DNA of 64,000 nucleotides, taken from Planktothrix sp. GU0601_MAG3. GTDB taxonomy: Bacteria > Cyanobacteriota > Cyanobacteriia > Cyanobacteriales > Microcoleaceae. The position numbers were made by a program, and so were the translations under genes. The notes under the pieces are model-generated. The model saw nothing but the letters and a program-made list of their open reading frames with translations. It made no database searches and was not told where the DNA came from. How positions within the stretch are numbered: the stretch's first letter is position 1; each line of letters opens with the position of its first letter. The stretch covers positions 960,001 through 1,024,000 of the forward strand of contig CP136572.1 of NCBI GenBank assembly GCA_035193785.1, in the 5' to 3' direction. Positions 58,489-64,000 of the stretch are shown piece after piece.

Positions 58489-59145
58489 TTATGACTGAGT
58501 TCGAGCTTCTTGAGCAACAATTTCAACTTCATCCTCCGCTAATTGTTTTAACGGAGCTTCAACTTCCTGACCCCCTAAACGACTCAACGCTTGGGCGACC
58601 CGATAACGAATTTGCCAGTCTGAATTCGTGATATATGGAACTAATAAAGGAACAGCCCGCCGATCACCCAATTCTCCTAAAGCACTAATAGCAACGGTTT
58701 GAATTAAACTATTTTCATCTTGAAGGGCTATTTCTAATAATTCAAAAGCCCGAGGTTCTCCGATGACTCCCACCGCCGCCACAATACTCAGTTTAACTAA
58801 CCATTCCGGCGTAGTGTTATAGAGTTTTTGCAGGTCATCAAAGGCATCCTTAAGTTTTAAAGCCCCTAACGCATCCGCCGCCGCCGCCTGCACATCAATT
58901 TCTGGATCATTTAATAGATGATGGTGCAGGATTTGATAGGAGGTTTCTAAATTCTGCTCTCCCAAAGTTGCCATCTGACTCACCGCCGCATATCGTACCC
59001 GACTATTACTATCCTTAATCGGGACTTGAATTAATTCAAAAGCGATCGCTGGGGGCAGTTCTCGGAGTTGATTGACACCGCGTAGGCGATCGCCAAAATC
59101 GTCAGAACTTAACAACTGTTGAACAGATTCAGGGGTAATTGTCAT
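58489..59145 (-). CDS. nblB: HEAT/PBS-lyase repeat protein, NblB-like
   Basis: MTITPESVQQLLSSDDFGDRLRGVNQLR and HEAT repeats. Confidence 0.75.
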   Translation of the reverse strand: MTITPESVQQLLSSDDFGDRLRGVNQLRELPPAIAFELIQVPIKDSNSRVRYAAVSQMATLGEQNLETSYQILHHHLLNDPEIDVQAAAADALGALKLKDAFDDLQKLYNTTPEWLVKLSIVAAVGVIGEPRAFELLEIALQDENSLIQTVAISALGELGDRRAVPLLVPYITNSDWQIRYRVAQALSRLGGQEVEAPLKQLAEDEVEIVAQEARTQS

Positions 59146-59326
59146 AAAAATTAATGTTGTGAAATGAGAGATCTAAATGGTTTTGAAATGATCAGAATAA
59201 TATCATATTTCTTGATGCGAATAGATCAATATTTTCTGGAAAACTTGGCAAAAACCCACAACAAGCAGCAGTCGAAACCTCCTGCCCCGACCAGCCTTGT
59301 TTTTATTCACAAAATCCGATTAAATT

Positions 59327-59794
59327 CTAACTTTGTGCCGTTGCCATCACCCGCATAATATCCCCACAGGTGAGAATCCCAATTACCTTACCGGAATCAT
59401 CCACCACGGGCAAACGATGAATGCGCTTTTCATTTAATAACCGGGCGGCATCGGACAAAGATTTATTGGGAGTAATCGTAATAATCGGGGCAGGAGTCAT
59501 TACTTCCCCGACGGTTTGGCCTAATGCTTTATGCAATTCCTGTTCATACCGGGAAAAGTTTTCCAGGTAAATAATACTATCAAGGAACGTAATATAAGTA
59601 GGTGGAGTCACACCGCTTTCTTGCCACATCAAATCCGTTCCCGAGATAAAACCCACCAAATGACCGGATTCATTTACCACAGGTAAACAACCAATATGTC
59701 TTTCCACCATTAATTGCAGCGCTTCTCTAAGTGGCATCTCTGGCTTAACCAGGATGGGATTCGGGGTCATCACCTCAGCAACAGTCTTGGGCAT
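59327..59794 (-). CDS. CBS-domain protein
   Basis: TVAEVMT, LPVV twice, HKALGQTVGEVMT. Confidence 0.9.
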   Translation of the reverse strand: MPKTVAEVMTPNPILVKPEMPLREALQLMVERHIGCLPVVNESGHLVGFISGTDLMWQESGVTPPTYITFLDSIIYLENFSRYEQELHKALGQTVGEVMTPAPIITITPNKSLSDAARLLNEKRIHRLPVVDDSGKVIGILTCGDIMRVMATAQS

Positions 59795-59839
59795 GATTTC
59801 TGCTTGTTTGTTAAACTTTCCAATCCCGATCATATCAGT

Positions 59840-59935
59840 TAAGTAGTTACACAAAATAAATTACCTAGCTGGGGGAGGGAATAGGGAATAGGGAATAGGG
59901 AACAGGATTTTTAATTAATTTTGTTTAGGTACTTA
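59840..59935. mobile_element. 96-bp MITE with TCAGT target duplication carrying GGGAATA heptamers
   Basis: TIRs TAAGTAGTTACACAAAATAAATTA / TAATTAATTTTGTTTAGGTACTTA; related degenerate copy starts at 17588. Confidence 0.8.
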
Positions 59936-60067
59936 TCAGTTGCAACCGTCGCATCCCAAGCCAATACAAGAAAAATCCGCCCCATTAGGCAACTAAGCCT
60001 GTCGAGATCAGGACGGAGCTTTATTCCCCCGTTTTTGGGAAATCGGATTGAACAAAAATTGTCCAAC

Positions 60068-60380
60068 CTATTCGGGACTGGATTCGGAAGTCGGATTACG
60101 AATTTGTTCAGCTTCGGGACAGTCTTCAGAAATGGGCAGATCAAAATAGCACTTGGGAAACAGAGGCTAATTTCTGACTTACTGATCCAATACTGTCTAT
60201 GCGGATCATTTCTTCCCAAGAACAGACCTCATCCTCCTCATCTGTCTCATAACGTAGCGTGACCAGATCTCCCTCAATGTCTGTAATTCGAGCTTTCTCA
60301 ATCCAACGTTGCTGATCTCGTAAGAAAATAGAGACTTCCCGACCGTCACAACAAAGTTGATAAATCTTGCGATGTAGCAT
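60068..60380 (-). CDS. DUF6679-like cyanobacterial protein (apparent frameshift at GAAAC 60157-60161)
   Basis: MLHRKIYQLCCDGREV...; restored C-terminus VPKCYFDLPISEDCPEAEQIR. Confidence 0.7.
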
Positions 60381-60609
60381 TTTTTACTTTTCCTGAGAAG
60401 TTCGCTGGCTGATCTTAATTTTACTTGTGAACCTAAGTATTTAAAAGGTTTAGCAGGATACCCAAGCACCTGGAAGTATACCGGATTACAAGGTGATCAG
60501 TCTAGTCAAAACCGTTGTAGTTTCATTTTAACCCCTAACTCAAATTTAGCCCCAATAAACCCCCAATAAATTACCCCTACAAAAACAGGACTTAGGCAGT
60601 GAGGCCATG

Positions 60610-60716
60610 TATAGCGTACCAAGCAATAGGTAATGGGTAATGGGTGATAGGTAAATACTTACCATGAGAAGCTTTTAGCTTTCAAGAATGTCCTAATAGA
60701 TGTGGTAACTGCTATA
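60610..60716. mobile_element. TATAGC-ended MITE-like element with GGTAATG heptamers
   Basis: TATAGCGTACCA...TGGTAACTGCTATA. Confidence 0.5.
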
Positions 60717-60787
60717 GCGATCGCGAAAGAAATCAAAATCGTCTGAATTAACCCAATTCTATTTGGACATTAATAATTTTCAATTCC

Positions 60788-63700
60788 TTAATTCCCCCCC
60801 TCAACTCCTAACCACGCCTTCCCCCGTGCTATTAATTCCGCCAAACTCTCAAACCGCCAAAACCGCACTTTTCCATCCCCATAACCCGCAACAATCTGTT
60901 TACCATCGGGACTAAAACAAACACAATTAACCGGACTTTTCAACTCAATAAAATCACGATTATCCCCTTTTTCTAAAGCATCATCTTTCTCCCCCCGTTT
61001 CAAGGAATCATCTTTCTCCCCCCTTTTTAAGGGGGGCTGGGGGGGATCAACTAAATTGCCCTTATATCCCCGAAAATCCGCTAACAAATTCCCCTGTAAA
61101 TCCCAAACTTTAACGGTATTGTCATGGGAAGCCGTCGCCAGAAACTCCCCACCCGGACTAAACGCCACGGCTATTACTCCGTTAGAATGACCCGTGAAAG
61201 TAATTAATTCTTCTCCCTGTAAATTCCACAGTTTAACGGTCTTGTCAACCGAAGCCGTCGCCAGAAACTCCCCACCCGGACTAAAAGCCACCGCCGTTAC
61301 CGGGTTAGAATGACCCGTGAAAGTAATTAATTCCTCTCCCTGTAAATTCCACAGTTTGGCGGTCTTGTCAGCCGAAGCCGTCGCCAGAAACTCCCCACCC
61401 GGACTAAACACCACCGCCCTTACCCCGTTAGAATGACCCGTGAAAGTAATTAATTCCTCTCCCTGTAAATTCCACAGTTTGGCGGTATTGTCCCAAGAAA
61501 CCGTCGCCAGAAACTCCCCACCCGGACTAAACGCCACCGCCGTTACCGGGTTAGAATGACCCGTGAAAGTAATTAATTCCTCTCCCTGTAAAGTCCACAG
61601 TTTGGCGGTCTTGTCAGCCGAAGCCGTCGCCAGAAACTCCCCACCCGGACTAAAAGCCACCGCCCATACCGAGTCAGAATGACCCGTGAAAGTAATTAAT
61701 TCCTCTCCCTGTAAAGTCCACAGTTTGGCGGTATCGTCACGGAAAGCCGTCGCCAGAAACTCCCCACCCGGACTAAACGCCACCGCCCATACCCAGTCAG
61801 AATGACCCGTGAAGGTAATTAATTCCTCTCCCTGTAAAGTCCACAGTTTGGCGGTATCGTCACGGAAAGCCGTCGCCAGAAACTCCCCACCCGGACTAAA
61901 CGCCACCGCCCATACCCAGTCAGAATGACCCGTGAAGGTAATTAATTCCTCTCCCTGTAAAGTCCACAGTTTGGCGATACCGTCACGGGAAGCCGTCGCC
62001 AGAAACTCCCCACCCGGACTAAACGCCACCGCCCATACCCAGTCAGAATGACCCGTGAAGGTAATTAATTTCCGTCCCTGTAAATTCCACAGTTTGGCGG
62101 TCGTGTCCGAAGAAGCCGTCGCCAAAAGCTCCCCACCCGGACTAAAAGCCACCGCCTTTACCCCGTTAGAATGACCCCTGAAGGTAATTAATTCCCGTCC
62201 CTGTAAATTCCACAGTTTGGCGGTCTTGTCACTCGAAGCGGTCGCCAGATACTCCCCGCCCGGACTAAAAGCCACCGCCGTTACCCCGTTAGAATGACCC
62301 CTGAAGGTAATTAATTCCCGTCCCTGTAAATTCCACAGTTTGGCGGTCTTGTCCTCCGAAGCGGTCGCTAGAAACTCCCCGCCCGGACTAAAAGCCACCG
62401 CCGTTACCCCGTTAGAATGACCCCTGAAGGTAATTAATTCCTGTCGCTGTAAATTCCACAGTTTGGCGGTCTTGTCCTCCGAAGCGGTCGCTAGAAACTC
62501 CCCGCCCGGACTAAACGCTACCGCCGTTACCTCGCGAGAATGACCTTTGAAGGTGATTAATTCCCGTCCCTGTAAATCCAAAACTTTAACGGTCTTGTCA
62601 GCCGAAGCGGTCGCTAGAAACTCCGCGCCCGGACTAAACGCTACCGCCGTTACTGACTTAGAATGACCCGTGAGTTGACGCCATTGGCGAATATGACTGA
62701 GGATTTCTGATAGGGTGAAAACAGGACTCGCCGCCGGGGTCTGTTTCAGCAGTTCGGGGTAATCTTGAACCAGTTTCTCGCCATTGTGCTTGTAATTGTT
62801 GTAAGTCTTCCCCCACTTGAATAGCATCCCGTAGGATTTGCGGTTGATCTGTTGTGGTATTAAATAATCGTAAGGTTTGTATTCCTGCTAGTTCAATTTT
62901 GGTTCCTTTTTGGGCAAGTTGAATAATTTTTGTCGCTTTTTCCTTAGCTTGTTTGAGTTGTTGGCGGTCATATCTTTGGCTTTCGGTTAAAAAATCATTC
63001 ATCTCATCACTCAACCGTTTTCTTTGTGACCAACTCAGACCTTCCTCTAAGTCATTTCCCTGCAACAGTTGAGTTGTATCTTCACGGTTAGATTCTATCC
63101 AGCTATTCAGATATTCTCGAAACGGACAACAGAGTTTTTCTAATTCTTGCTGTACCCAGTCTCGATTAAAAACCTGAGTATAAATCCGATTATAAACCTC
63201 TAAATGGCTATTTTTTTTCACCACTAACCCCGATAACTGAAGTTCCCGATGTTCCCGACTGTTATCGAAAGCAATTCTACCCTGTTCGAGAATTTGTTGA
63301 TAGATTCCTAATAAACGACTGGTGAGATTATATTGAAATTGATCATTATTAATAATCCGCTTTCTGATAGTTCTCAACAGTTCAGGATTATCTTGAGCTT
63401 CCCAATTATCAATAACATAGGTTTGCACCAATTCAGCAATATTCGGCTCCGTTGCATCGGCATTTTCTAGCGCTAATTTACATAACTTTTGCGTAAAAAA
63501 GGGTTGTCCATCTGTCCAAGATAAAATATCGCGTAAAACCTGTTCGGATTTTTCCTTAAATTTTCCCTCTAACCCTCGTTTTAAAACGGGTGCTGCTTGT
63601 TGATAGGTAAAACCTTTTAATTCAATCGCTTCACCAAGATTAAAGGAAGTTCGGCTACTATTTTCAACTAAATCGGAAGCCGTCACCACTCCTAATAAAC

Positions 63701-64000
63701 AAAAATTCAAACGTTCATATTCGGGTTTACGGGTTCTAAAATTATACAAACTGCGAATAAAAGCAAAAAAATCATCCGTTGGTAGTTTTTCCCCTGTGGG
63801 TAACTTGAAACTTAAAATACTATCAATTTCATCCAAAAAGATAACAATATTTTGAGTAGTTTGGGGAAAAATAACGGTTTCGATAAACTTTCTAAATTGT
63901 TTTGGTTTACTGAGTCGAGCATGAATATCTAACCAGGAATACAAATCAATATCTAAGTTTAATTCACTGGTTAAGGTATCTAGCATTCCATCATACCATT
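60788..64000 (-). CDS. AAA_35-like ATPase + WD40 repeat protein, 5'-truncated by the window (apparent frameshift at GTTTC 62773-62777)
   Basis: IVIFLDEIDSIL Walker B, SFNLGEAIELKGF, WTDGQPFFTQKLC, VYNRIY; 14 WD40 repeats. Confidence 0.9.
61090..62672. repeat. 123-bp (41-aa) near-identical WD40 tandem repeats, 13 copies
   Basis: Recurring AGAATGACCC and CCCGGACTAAA every 123 bp. Confidence 0.95.

Noticed and set aside
59911..60469. Overlapping ORFs 59911-60219, 59921-60262 and 60206-60469
   Set aside because: Shadow frames of the frameshifted DUF6679-like gene and the neighbouring MITE.
60476..60489. GTA-N8-TAC upstream of the DUF6679-like gene
   Set aside because: No properly spaced TAN3T -10 element; such matches are common by chance.
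61090..62672. Diversity-generating retroelement or CRISPR as the source of WD40 variation
   Set aside because: No reverse transcriptase or separate template repeat in the window, and changes are not confined to adenines.

Overview
This is a chromosomal window from a filamentous cyanobacterium. It has abundant HIP1 GCGATCGC sites and STRR heptamer repeats, and the gene set suggests Oscillatoriales, probably Planktothrix-like (inference). It carries housekeeping genes (def, rnz, xth, rpmF, obgE, psb32, tkt, ftsW, clpS, alr, nblB-like), hetF- and hetZ-like genes, a BanI/HgiCI-like type II R-M pair, two STAND-like ATPase-WD40 genes, a copBAC-like RND efflux operon, a divergent cyanophycin synthetase, a degraded tnpB-only IS605-family element, and many REP, MITE and STRR repeats. 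The main observation is that 24 frameshifts in 23 genes, several essential, are all the same event: one extra base turning GAAC/GTTC into GAAAC/GTTTC. These are almost certainly sequencing errors, not pseudogenes. GAAC/GTTC is the classic Dnd phosphorothioate motif, so the errors may be a footprint of a DNA modification. Other highlights are an orphan ORF between two ~450-bp direct repeats of the tkt upstream region, a WD40 array with near-identical repeats and localised hypervariable codons, a soluble NarX/PilJ-type kinase behind an NtcA box, a CphA lacking the N-domain primer-generating motif, and an acidic tandem IF7-like peptide. All calls come from reading the sequence by eye; no searches were run.
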